NCBI GenBank assembly: GCA_028534125.1
Contig: CM052816.1
Location: 7,194,001-7,258,000 of the forward strand
Source of the DNA: Lama glama
Lineage: Eukaryota
DNA: 64,000 nt
Reading direction: 5' to 3'
Positions 63,773 through 64,000 of the stretch are shown piece after piece (position 1 is the first letter of the stretch; each line of letters starts with the position of its first letter). A program made the position numbers and the translations under genes. A model generated the notes under the pieces. The model did no database searches. It was not told where the DNA came from and saw only the letters and a program-made list of their open reading frames with translations.

Positions 63773-64000
63773 GTAGGAGAGCACGCAGGGCAGGTGCTAA
63801 GCCTCAGAGAAAACCAGTGTGTGCTGGGGGCGGGATGGGGTTGGTACAGGGGACCTTCCTGTACCTGTGCCTGATGGATGGGCCCTGACTTTTGGGTTCC
63901 TTCCGGAACCAGTGGGCAGAACGAGTGGGCAGAGCTTCTGGAAGCTTCCCGTGTTTCCTAGGTCTCAGCACAAGCTGAGCTAACTCAGAAACTCAGTACT

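Noticed and set aside
63162..63888. 179-aa (-) and 139-aa (+) ORFs near the right end
   Set aside because: They overlap a MIR core (cctcagtttcctcatctgtaaaatggg) in GC-rich DNA and have no recognisable protein features.
1..64000. CRISPR arrays, operons or another novel multi-gene system
   Set aside because: This is mammalian repeat-rich DNA. There are no regularly spaced direct repeats, and the recurring motifs are explained by MIR, L1, L2 and SINE copies.

Overview
Mammalian genomic DNA, most likely camelid (alpaca/camel-like), judged from tRNA-derived Vic-1-type SINEs and the LINE-1 3' UTR style. It is mostly non-coding and dense in transposable elements (L1, L2, MIR, MaLR/ERV LTRs, hAT MITEs), with a 500-N assembly gap at 5741-6240. 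The only confidently identifiable gene-derived sequence is a full-length, intronless ferritin light chain (FTL) retrocopy at about 49613-50517. It keeps an uninterrupted 175-codon ORF, an intact iron-responsive element (IRE) in the 5' UTR, AATAAA, a poly(A) remnant and target-site duplications (TSDs). It also carries many non-conservative substitutions and an out-of-frame upstream ATG, so it is most likely a decaying processed pseudogene. At the right end there is a probable 5' end of an unidentified + strand gene (candidate non-coding exon ending at 61954, candidate ATG exon 63729-63772). Almost all other ORFs in the supplied track look spurious or are L1 ORF2 debris. I found no prokaryotic-type system and no convincing novel biological system. 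Repeat family names are from recalled consensus sequences, not a database search, and boundaries of old repeats are approximate.
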